DNA from: Amoebidium appalachense
Taxonomy: Eukaryota > Protista > Ichthyosporea
DNA: 64,000 nt
Assembly: GCA_963693365.1 (NCBI GenBank)
Contig: CAVNZM010000009.1
Span: forward strand, 514,963 to 578,962
Reading direction: 5' to 3'
In this document: positions 52,881 to 64,000 of the stretch, in pieces
Position numbering within the stretch: position 1 is the first letter of the stretch
Layout of the letters: the number at the start of each line of letters is the position of its first letter
Made by a program: the position numbers and the translations under genes
Notes under the pieces: generated by a model
The model's input: the letters and a program-made list of their open reading frames with translations, nothing else
The model's database searches: none
What the model was told of the DNA's origin: nothing

Positions 52881-53843
52881 AACCATGTGAAGGGAAAGGA
52901 ACTGATATTGCTGTTTTGTTGAGGGTTCTTCGTCAACTCGTCGTCTCTTTTTAGCGAGATTTGATCGGGAAATGCCCGTGCATTGCACATGGGAAGAAGT
53001 GTAGTGTTTTTTTCCCCCGGGCAGGAGGGGGGAGAGAGGCAGCGTCCGGGGGAAGGGGGAGAGGAGGGGGGAGAGGGAAGCTTAGGTTATAGGGTGGCGT
53101 GTAGCCTATGCATTGACACGGTCTTTTTCCCCCCTCAGCGGTGGAGTACCTGTCCCTGCTCAAGCGGCAGGTATCTGAGCTGCAGGGAGCCTTGCGGCTG
53201 GGCGGTGGGCCGGGGGGGGGATCAGCAGCAGTTTGCAGCCCTGGTCGAGGCCGTGGCAATGCGCCTGAAGGGCCCGGACTCAAATGCTGTCACCGTCACT
53301 TACAAGGACAAGACGGAGGTAAGGGGGGAAGGGGGGGGGGGGGGCTGTGGGGGGTGCTGGGTAATGGTCGTGGCATTGGATGTGATGTGCACTCGATTGC
53401 ACGTCTTTAGGACCTAGGCAAGATGGGCAAGCATACTGTGCGACACATACGTGCGCGCACAGGCGCACACATACATACACACATGCACACACACAAACAC
53501 ATACGCACATACACACACCTGCGAGCACACACTCTCACTCACTCACTCACTCACGTACACACGTACACACACACTCAATAAACAATCACACACTCGCTCA
53601 CATATATACTCACACACACACACACCCATCCACACGCACACACATGTGAGGGCACTTGCACGCACACACCTTTTTCCTCTCCGACTCCCCACCTCTGATG
53701 ATGGGGTGGGCACACAGATGCAGTATGTGGAGCTGCAGAGTACGTCGGAGCTTTGGGATGTGGCCCGGACGGCAGCCGGGGGTGAGATTAAACTCACGCT
53801 GCGGGTCCGGAGACCTCACGAGTGGGACGCCGTCTACGGTTCG

Positions 53844-53931
<88 letters not shown>

Positions 53932-55841
53932 ACGCGCGCGCGCGCGCGCGCGCATACACGTGTGTGCGTGCGTGAGTGCTTGCGTGCGTGAGTGCGTGCT
54001 TGGTTGCTTGCCGGATGTTCGGGCATGTTCCTTATGCAACGTGATTCACTTTTCAAGAAATACACGGGATAAGAGTGTTCTTGCTGCCTGGGTCTCTTAC
54101 CTGCTGTCTTTAGAAATAGGAAGATAATTTGGACAAGGGAGGGTATGGTGAGCGAGTATGTGGGTGGGTAGTTGGTTGGGCGAATGGACGGGCGGGTGGT
54201 GCGGAGTGTGGGTTCGTATGTGTATGTGGGGGGAGGGGGAGGGGGGGGGGGGGGGGAAGAGGGGAAGGGGGGGGGGGGGGGAGGACCGTGTCAACCCCGC
54301 AGCCATGCGCAATGTTATACTCACATGTGTTTTGTGCACATCAGGGCAATGGCGACCCACCAAAAGCCGAGTCAGACTCTGCGGTATGTATCAACACCCC
54401 GTGTACCGCATGTATGTGGGTGTGGTATATGTGCAAGGGTCGGTTTGTAACATGCAGTGGTCCATTTTGCCTCGTTTGCCTGTGCGATATGTATGGTGGT
54501 GCTTGGACTGTCTGCATGCACACTAACAGGGTTTGGGGCTTGGGCAGGATTGGGATCGCTTGTTCGATTGCAACAACCACCAATCATTGGAGGAGGAGAC
54601 ACATACCCTGGACAAGGTGGGTCGCTGTGTTCCGGGGCCAGAGATATTCCTTCTAGAAGCTGTTATAACATTGACAGCAGATAATGGTTTGCCATGTGGG
54701 ATGGGCATATGCATTGGCGTGCATATCATGTGCACGAGCCTTTCTTAAGGGGCCAGGAGGATTAAGAGGTGGTGTTTTTAATGTGTTTGAAGCGTTTAAC
54801 AGACCCCCACATTTCTGTTTTACAGGGCGGGTGCCCAGATTGATGAGCTCAATTAGCGTGCAATTTCCACACACGCTTGCAGTGCTTGCGCTAACTTTCT
54901 GCACCAATCGGCCTTATGCAGTCATATGATTGGCCGGACATGGGAAATCTTTATAGGAATCGTTTGCTTCGCTCAGAAATTGCTGTTAGAGTCAAACCGC
55001 CGGCCAATCGTATCCCAACGGCCTGCCTTATGCTGATTGGTGCAGAAAGACAGTGCAAGCACTGCAGTTGCAAACCCAATGTCGACGGATCAATCTCGGT
55101 GGATTGACAGACTTAATGGCGGCTGCTGAATGGTCAGAGGCGTGTGTGGGTTGTAGCTTTCTGTCGGGAGCCGTTATAATGGGACGTGTGCCTGCATCTT
55201 TAAGTTCCTGACGGGTGGCACCCAGGAACCAAGTGCCGAGGCTGTGGAGCTGCTCTATTCACGCATGCAGAGCAATGCACTTCACAACTTGGGCCCCCCA
55301 CAGTACAAAACAGAGGTGGGTGTTTGCTGCAAACGGTGTGCATGCCCCGGCGAGCACTTGCTTGTGTGCTTGTGAGTGCGTGCATGTGTTCTCATTTGGG
55401 GGAGTGTTAAGAGGGGCGGCCTCGGGGAGAGGGGTGGGGTGGTGGTGGTGGTGGTGGTGGGGGGGGGGGGGGGGGGGGGGGGGGGGAGGGGGGATGAGAT
55501 GGGTTATGATGGTTTTGAAGGTACTGTGTACCAGGGCTCATGGCTGCAACAATAGCCATACTCATGTAATGCCGGATAGCAATGAGATGTCAGCCTACCT
55601 AGCGACCCGTCGACAAGGTAATTGCTTTGTGGATGTGGGTCTCACTATATTTTGTGTTTGAGAGACATACTACGCTTAGAGTGATAATGCAAAAGTAGTG
55701 ATGTTCCCCTCTTTCCTTTGTTCATGGGGCCGTGTTCACAGGAGTGGCAGCTGGCACGTATCCGGCGGTACCTCAAGGCCTGCGACAACGACGTGGAAGA
55801 GGCCCACCGCATGCTCACGGCCCACCTGGACTGGTATGCAC

Positions 55842-55910
<69 letters not shown>

Positions 55911-56123
55911 ACACAGGCACACATGCTCTGGGTGTATGGCCATCAAAGGGCTATGTGGCACTAAGGGTAGGGGGCCGGCAGGATTCACACGGTGCAGCCA
56001 GAGCGGATCGAGCGGTCGGAGGTGTATGGGCTGCTGCGGGCCAACGTGCTCTACTGGCACCGCACAGACCTGCACGGCCACCCGACCCTCGTCTTCCGCG
56101 TATGTGCCTGTGTATGTGTCTGT

Positions 56124-56159
<36 letters not shown>

Positions 56160-58635
56160 GTGTGCTTGTGTACATAGAAGTAGATTGGGTGTGTATGTAT
56201 TTGTGTGGTGACGCATGTACCGGGTGCCTTTGCACGTGTGTGGTTCACGTAGCGTTTGTATGTGTGTTTGCCTGGGATCCCGGTGCCTGGCTTGTTGGGG
56301 CCGGGTGGAAACGGAGGGGGTGGAAACGGGGGGGGGAGGGGGGGGGGGGGGGGGGGGGAGGGGGAAGGAGTTGGGGGGAGGGGGGGGGGGAGGGGGGGGG
56401 GGGGCAAGGGTGAGAACTGATGGTTGGGGCTGTGCAGGCAACCAAGGTGACCGAAATCTTGCCGAGCAAGGAGGACTACCTAAAGATATTCATGTACCGC
56501 ATGTGGGAGTTCTATAAAAGGTGTGTGTGCATAGCCCCGTGTGTGTGCCGCACTGTGCTTGCATGTATCTCTATGCCTGCTCTATGCCTGATCGATGTGT
56601 CTGTGCATGCTTGTGCCATCATCCACACGGATAGCTCATGTGGTATTTGTATTTCCAGTTGTGCATGTTGATGCCACCGTGTCACCCTTTCACCCCGGCG
56701 GTGTGGCAAGACTAGCAGATGCAAAATAGGAAAAACAGCCCGAAAACGCAAGTTTATGTCAATGTACTTTCATAAATCGTGCCTGCCCCCCCCCCCCCCC
56801 CCCCCCCCCCCACCACCACCACCACCATCTCCCCTCTCCTCCCCCCCCCACGCACCCACGCACCCCAACCCACCCCCCTCTTCCCTGGGGATACCCCTAC
56901 CTGATGTTTTCTAGCCCTTCCGGATCAGTGCCCATGTCATAATCTCACACATGCCACATCACGCCACGGGTCTACACCCAGCCCCGCATGCATGCAGAGT
57001 CTAATTATTGAATAACTAATGCGATATATATGTGGGCAGGGTGGACAACCCCTACGGCCGGTTTGTGATCATCTACGACCGACAGGGCAGCCATGTGAAA
57101 AAGGCCCAAATGGATGTCTGGAAGCGCCTGGTTCGCTTCATACTGAGTATGCACTGCAACCCCCCCCCCCCCCCCCCCCCTTGCGAATTCTGCGGCCTTC
57201 GGGACTTAATTCTTTTCAGCTCGTGTAGTATGTTAGCCAGGGAAGTATCGACTTAGGTAGCGACGGGGGAGCTTCCTAGAAGCCCCGTCTCCTGAGTTCC
57301 TATCTATATTTTTCTTGCTTCTGCTTACTGCTGCAACTTTAATCCCCGGCCTTTCCCACTGCCCTTGCCTGCATAAGTAACCCTGCTCGTCTCTGATCAA
57401 GACGGGTGACCTACCCATATTCAAGTGAAACAGTATCTGAGTTGGGTTTCGTTAACGAGGTGAATAGGTCGAAGCTCGGGTACTGTGGATGACGTGGGCC
57501 CCCCCTGAGGATTGGCCCTTGCTTATTATGCATACTCTTTGTGTATGGCTTGCATTCTGCATCGTGTTATCCGTTTGTTCTTGTGTACTTCGTACTTTTT
57601 GACGCATTCAAACCCCCGGGCCGCCGGGGAGCTGCCTGCCCGTTACCACCAAGAAGACACGGGGGGACGTCTCCACGAACATACAGACACGAATACACAA
57701 ACCCTTACACACCCATGCAGAGAACCATGCTAGTCATTGGTATTGGACAGGTAGGCAGGGGGGCAGGCAGGCCATAACGCACCACACATACATGCATACA
57801 CACAACCTGGGCCACATCCGAGCTCATGTGCACCCGGTATACCGAGCGAATAAGAAAGATCGCTAATAAGAAAACAACTAAAAGAGTAAGAATATGTATA
57901 GATAGACACTCTGAAAGTGATAGAGTGAGATTGAGAGGTCGAGAGAATGATACAGGAATACACACAAACATCATCCAGACACCCATGGTACCCCATGCAC
58001 TGCATAGTATACGGATATAACTCAGAATTTCTTGATGTGTGTCTGCAAAACTGCATCTCTACACAATAAACCACTGGTAGTGACACGTACCCCCAGACAT
58101 CTTTACTTCCATGCAACCGGGCATGGTTGCTCTGTGTCGTGCATCTGTAAGCACATACGCGTTTGTCGCTGCACTGCATTAGTTTGCACATACATCTTCA
58201 CCGTTTTGCTCACCTTGCTTGCATAAGCAACCCTGCTCGTCTTTGATCAAGACGGGTTGACCCACCCAAGTTCAGTTGATGCTGCTGTCTGAGTTGGAGC
58301 GTCGTATATACGCGGGCTAAGGGGTCGAAACTCAGACGCAATTGATGACTTGGGCCCTCCCTGAGGATGGGCTCTGCTTATGACGCATACTGTGCGCATG
58401 GCTGATGCTGCATACTTGAATGTTTGCCTTTGCATGTGTCCTGCACCATGCTTCTCATCGTGTATGCGTACTTCGTACTGTGTTCCGCATTCAAAACCCC
58501 CCCCCCCCCCCCCCCCCCCATGACGTTTTGCAGCTTGTTCCTTCGTGTCTCCTTCATATTTCCAACCCTCTAACACATACATCCCCCTCCCCCTCCCCTC
58601 CCTCCCCCCGGCCCACACACGCACGCACGCACACG

Positions 58636-58690
<55 letters not shown>

Positions 58691-59057
58691 ACACACACAC
58701 ACGTACAGTGCACCTCACGGAGCAGGTGCACCGCATCTACATTGTCAAGAGCAACCACGTGTTCCGCTACGGCCTGATGCTTCTGCGACAGGTCATGAGC
58801 CCCCGCTTCCGCCTGGTATTCCGCATCCTGGATGAAGAGGTGGGTGCGAGCATACTAATGTTTGCAGTCATCTGTTGAGGGAGGGGGAGGGGGGAGGGGG
58901 GGGGGGGGGGGGGGGGTAAGGAATCCCGGTTGGCACAGACCTGAAAGCGGTTTACGCTTTGGAATGGTGAGTCTCAGATGTGCATCAAGCAGCTTTTTGT
59001 CCTGAACCGAAGGGGCCCATAAATCGGCTTAAAAAACCCCCCTATTTAGATCCAAAC

Positions 59058-59135
<78 letters not shown>

Positions 59136-59241
59136 GAAGTGCCCTTTTTAAAACCTTTTTGTAAGGCCAGAGGAACTGCGCAAACGGGGCGTGTGGGCCA
59201 GGGATATGGAAGAGGGTGTTTGGGGGGGGGGGGCTGATAAT

Positions 59242-59277
<36 letters not shown>

Positions 59278-59390
59278 TGCAGACGTGGCAGTCGCAGCTC
59301 GTGGCCGAGTTTGGGCGGGAAAACCTCGAGCCAGACCTGGGGGGCACCAGCGTGCCCGTCACGGACGAAGAGGGCATCATCGTGGCATAG
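48119..59390 (+). CDS. Multi-domain protein: low-complexity N-terminus + bHLH-zipper + partial PB1-like domain + CRAL-TRIO_N/CRAL-TRIO (Sec14), ~719 aa, 15 exons
   Basis: Phase-compatible GT-AG exons: 48119-48233, 49626-50361, 51053-51089, 52004-52133, 53139-53318, 53718-53843, 54345-54383, 54548-54616, 55226-55315, 55742-55833, 55982-56099, 56438-56520, 57040-57146, 58709-58839, 59283-59390 (TAG). bHLH: TEQQRRDSMRDSLRDLQMLVPNMRPGTTRVRMLQQ|SVEYLSLLKRQVSELQ. PB1-like: FAALVEAVAMRL..VTVTYKDKTE|MQYVELQSTSELWDV..IKLTLRV. CRAL-TRIO: IRRYLKACDNDVEEAHRMLTAHLDW, HRTDLHGHPTLVFR, FVIIYDRQG, EQVHRIYIV, ENLEPDLGG. One extra G in the run 53212-53220 must be removed for a continuous frame. The first three exons are the least certain. 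Confidence 0.75.
54749..55199. mobile_element. Palindromic MITE with TTAA flanks, Kolobok-like
   Basis: TTAA at 54745-54748 and 55200-55203; imperfect termini GGGGCCAGG / CCTGCATCT. Internal inverted repeats: TGCAGTGCTTGCGCTAACTTTCTGCACCAATCGGC (54878-54912) vs GCTGATTGGTGCAGAAAGACAGTGCAAGCACTGCA (55032-55066), and GATTGGCCGG vs CCGGCCAATC. The superfamily call is an inference from TTAA plus purine-starting ends. Confidence 0.55.
57181..57612 (+). mobile_element. Penelope-like retroelement 3' fragment (end of GIY-YIG ORF + structured 3' region), family copy A
   Basis: Starts right after a C-run with LRILRPSGLNSFQLV* (stop at 57228), matching the PLE GIY-YIG C-terminal motif LxTLxPxGLN. Ends CATTCAAA + CCCCC. 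Nearly identical to 11488-11807 and 9178-9330 (reverse complement). Confidence 0.7.
57620..58496 (+). mobile_element. Diverged Penelope-like element copy B with degenerate GIY-YIG endonuclease remnant
   Basis: 57826-58020 reads TRYTERIRKIANKK...RVRLRGRE...TPMVPHALHS*, resembling the PLE motifs TRYxEHIR, RxxRE and TLxPxGLN. 58214-58496 aligns to copy A. Ends CATTCAAAA + long C-run. The 5' boundary is approximate. Confidence 0.6.
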
Positions 59391-60124
59391 GTGCCATATG
59401 CATTGCTGGGTCAGCAGAAGAGAAATGTGCACTCTGCATGGTAAGCAGACAATGGTCGACCTGGGAAGGAAGGGTGAGGAGCTGGGGTAGAGGTACCCGG
59501 AGGAAGAAGGAGGGGTTATGGGTATGGTTTGGGGTGCATGTAGATGGAAAGGAGAGGGAATGGGTATGTGGGTGCTGTGTGTTCCTTTTCTTTTCTTTTA
59601 TTTGTTCTTTATGAAATTTATTTTTGTTTATTTATTTGTGTTAATTTATTTTTGGCGCGGGGGATAGGGGGGGGAGGGGGGGTGTTAAGGTTGACGCATG
59701 GTGTAAGCAAAATGTAACGGAACAATTAGCTGCTGTTTTTTAATAGTACAAAGAGGGATAGGTTTTAAGGGCTGATCTTTTTTGTGAGTGTAAGTTAGCA
59801 GGAGTGGCTGACTCAGAAATTGGCAACACCCACAAAAGCACAAGTATGTTACTGGTATTATGTTTTTGTATTCTAATCATTTATGTCTTGGTTTATGCAA
59901 AGTATATGCTAGATCTGTCTCTGTAGTTAACTTTTGACTAGCATAGCTTTCTGAATCATTAGCTTTGTACGAATGTTTTATTGCTGTCTTTTAAATTTTC
60001 CTGCGTTACTACCGGCACGGTCAAATTCTTTTCTATTGAGTTAGTACGAATACTAGGAGGGCTTGGGCTCGCTGTGTTTACTCGAAGCATATTATTATTA
60101 ATAAGATGCAAGGTATCAAGAACC

Positions 60125-60485
60125 CTTGGCAGAATTATTTTGCAAATTATTAGCGAATTATTCTGCTTTGATCATAAGCAGATGCATCTCTATCTAGAGA
60201 CTCGTTTTGCTTTTAGCAGAATTATTCTGCAAATAGCTGAATTATTCTGCTAATGGCAGTGGAATTCGAATAAACCTTTGCTCCAAGGAGAGTAATTCTG
60301 CTTTCAGGAGAATTGTTCTGCACATTATTCTGCAAAATTCTGCTCAGAGCAGATTCTGAATGTTTCTGCTTTTGCACAGCAAATCTGCTGCTTTGCAGAA
60401 CAAGTTTACTTTTTGCACAATTGTTCTGCTTCTGCATGAAGGAAAAAATCAGCTCCCAGCAAGTTGATTCTGCACTTATGCCGGT
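60125..60485. repeat. Cluster of degenerate palindromic motifs GCAGAATTATTCTGC
   Basis: About ten full or half copies (e.g. 60129, 60216, 60236, 60309, 60325) in AT-rich DNA, as in subterminal repeats of DNA transposons. Confidence 0.6.
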
Positions 60486-60491
60486 GAGGGT

Positions 60492-60559
<68 letters not shown>

Positions 60560-60699
60560 AGGTGTGTGTGTGTATGTTGTAGATGGGGAAGTAGATGACG
60601 TGGAGTGGTAGTTTAATAATAATACTCGGGCTTGTATACCATGTATTTATAGTTAGGTAAATGTATAAACCGTGTGTGTGTGTGCAGGTGTGTGTGTGC

Positions 60700-60730
<31 letters not shown>

Positions 60731-60802
60731 CGTGTGTGTATGTGTATGTGTGCACTAGTACTGCGGTGTGTGTGCACGTGTGTGTGCGCATGCATGTGTG
60801 TC

Positions 60803-60867
<65 letters not shown>

Positions 60868-60959
60868 ACCACGTGTGTGTGTGTATCACTTGTGCGCCCT
60901 TGTGTCAAGTTGTGGGCATAGGTCTCGGAACAGTGGCACTGGGCTGCCCTTTGATCAAT

Positions 60960-61500
60960 CGATATCAATCAGCCACAAAAAAACATCAGATCTGGTGCCT
61001 CTGAGCACGCTGGAATTCAACATTGCTCACGACCGAATTCATAACTTACATGTATTCTTAGCGAGCGAATTGTTTAGCTGGTATTCTGATGTCGGTAAAG
61101 TGCCCTCGGAGTGGCTAGACAACATATCAAGAAAACGGTTGCACGGGGTCCCATTCACGAATTTCGCCCTATCACCCTTACGTCCGTTTTTCGCCGATTA
61201 TTCGAAAGTGGCCTTTTACTGGCCTTTTCCCGTAACCCCACCCTTAAGCAGCTCCCCAGCAGAGCCCTCTTCAGGCGGCGTTTCAGCATCGACACTCATG
61301 TTACGCACAAATCCTCACCCTACAAAATGCAACTCAAAGTGATACCGAGCACCTCGTATTTATAGATTTTAAGAACGCGTACATAGAACCGGAGGTTATG
61401 GGCGGCTTTAGTCTCTTTTCTACTTCTCTCCCCCAGTATATTTGTGATACGGTGTCTTAACTTTCTCACTGCTAGCCTCTGCTTACCCATTGGCTGCGCT
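60960..61500 (+). pseudogene. Degenerate non-LTR retrotransposon reverse transcriptase fragment
   Basis: Collinear but frameshifted RT motifs: GKVPSEW, FRPITLTSVFRRLFESGLL, FRRRFSIDTHV, VFIDFKNAY, RLWAAL. Confidence 0.8.
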
Positions 61501-62287
61501 GGAAAACGCAGTAGGCCGTCAAGTGAGGCTGGGCCACCCTGACGATGCCCCGCAGCAATACAAAGTGCATAAACCCCTATACCACGGCCATCTTGAAAAA
61601 CCGTGTACCATTCGCGTATACGTATGACTGTACAGCCAGAACCCAAGCTTGACAGCTGGGTGCGTGCCGCGAAGTAGCGCTGAACTCTACTTGTTGGGCT
61701 AGTCTTCATACACCTGTTTGCGTGTGCTTTGCTTAGTCCAGCCTTGTCGCCGACAGCCGATGAATGTCCCGTCCCCTTCCACCCACTACTGATGTTCCAA
61801 GTCGCCATGGCGGCAAGGCGAGGCCCCTCAGATTATCACAGCCAGGCACCCACTCAGAACGCTAGACGCACATGCCCTCTGCAACCACACCCAACACAGG
61901 GGCTAGGGGGCAGCAAGAGGCTGGTCACGGCCACTGGCAGGCCCCTCCAGCCGAGCACCCGTGTGCTGAGACGCTGTTGGCTGATTGTAGGCCCCCTGGT
62001 GGCTTGCTGTGAAAGTGAACATGCACCGTGACTTGGCTTGCATCAGCCCAGACCTCCACTTACGTGTGCTGTTAACGGTGTGTGCGGGCGTAAGGACTTC
62101 AACCACACGCACGCACACAGATCTACACACGGCACGTACCACGCACACACCCATACTTGAACTGCGAGGCACACGGTTGCGAGCACGTACACATACACAC
62201 CACATCCACACGTCGTGTCACACACATACGCATGCTGTCTTATGGCTCACACACACACAGGCGTACACACCCACACACACACACTCA

Positions 62288-62362
<75 letters not shown>

Positions 62363-62604
62363 ACACACGCATGCACACACACACACGCACACACACATAC
62401 ACGCACACACACACACACACAGGGTCTCTCTGTCTCTATCTCCCTTCTCTCTCTCTCTCTTCCCCTTCCCCTCCCCCCCCCCCTCCCCCCTCCCCCTACC
62501 CCCCGCCCTTCCCCCCGCCCCCTCCCTCTCGCTTTCGCGCGTTCTCGTTCTTTCTTGCTCTCGATCTCGCTCTCACCTTCTTTCTCTCTTGCTCTGGACC
62601 AGTC

Positions 62605-62635
<31 letters not shown>

Positions 62636-62799
62636 TTCCCCCTCTTGAAGTTCCCCCTCTCCTTTCTTCTTCAAGACTCTTCCCTTATGATTTAGGTGTC
62701 GGAATCTTTGTGTCAAACACCATGATCTGCCAAACACAGCAGTGGTTTTTGTGTTTTTCAGTCCGAGATCATGGCTCCCAGTGTTGTAGCGAGCTATTT

Positions 62800-63450
<651 letters not shown>

Positions 63451-64000
63451 CTGAAAGCCTATACGAGACCAATCGCCAAGGGGCAGGCAGGCAGCCGCTG
63501 CAAGGCACCAAGCAGAGAGATACTGGCCAACATGCTTCTTTCAGCCAAGCAGGCAGGGGTGGTCTGCTGGGAAACACCACCACATTCACTCAAAATGCAG
63601 AGAATGCAAGATGCATGGTGCCTGAAATGCCCAACTTGGAGCGGCCTATAAGCAACAGGCACGTAGACCCACGGCTTGCTCGGTGGGCAGAGAAGAAATG
63701 CAACCCAGCCCTACACAGGACACGGTCGGAGGGATTTGAGGGGGGATGGAACAAACCCCAGGCGCTAAGTACAACTGCAACACACCCTGTCTCTGGCAGG
63801 GAGGCAACACAGCGCAACACATACACAGCACCAGGGGAGAGTCAGGGCTGGGGGGTAGACCCACGGCAGACACGGAGACAGTGTGCCTTGGGGGGTGACA
63901 GCTTTCCTATCAGGCGCGGGTCATACCCCCTGCAAGCACACACCACCCCCATCCCCCCTTCCCTACCCCCAAGTGTGTATAGGACCTCCGTCCCTCCCGG

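Noticed and set aside
53204-53228. Micro-intron repairing the bHLH/PB1 frameshift
   Set aside because: GT..AG removals from the donor-like GT at 53205 are multiples of 3 (21 or 24 nt) and do not restore the frame.
57381-57520. Canonical type I/II/III hammerhead or HDV-like ribozyme
   Set aside because: No GAAA follows CUGAGGA through a stem II, and the HDV P1/P3/P1.1 elements are not found. Kept only as a variant hypothesis.
57488-57530. SECIS element in the retroelement (ATGA + hairpin)
   Set aside because: The helix is too short, there is no GA on the 3' side for the non-Watson-Crick quartet, and no apical AA.
55718-59390. Stand-alone CRAL-TRIO gene starting at ~55718
   Set aside because: The exon begins at a good acceptor (cacag 55737-55741), and upstream phase-0 exons connect it to the PB1-like exons. 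Not fully excluded without transcripts.

Overview
Intron-rich eukaryotic DNA; protein similarities suggest a unicellular holozoan or other opisthokont, but the species is not identifiable from the window. It is saturated with (CA)/(GT) microsatellites and long poly-G/poly-C runs, so most ORFs in the six-frame track are repeat artefacts. Reading splice sites by hand gives three protein genes: (1) the 33-exon spliceosomal helicase BRR2/SNRNP200 (minus, 3354-29006); (2) a UBXN7-like p97 adaptor (minus, 39371-47563); (3) head-to-head with it, a 15-exon gene (plus, 48119-59390) that joins a Myc/Max-type bHLH-zipper, a partial PB1-like domain and a complete CRAL-TRIO (Sec14) lipid-binding module, an architecture I do not recognise. 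That model needs one 1-nt correction in a G9 run. Mobile DNA includes five 5'-truncated copies of a Penelope-like retroelement, all ending at oligo/poly-C runs and carrying a covarying pseudoknotted RNA; a 3-LTR tandem TRIM with a copia-type half-tRNAi-Met PBS; a piggyBac-type and a Kolobok-type non-autonomous element; and degenerate LINE and transposase remnants. All domain calls rest on remembered motifs, not database searches.
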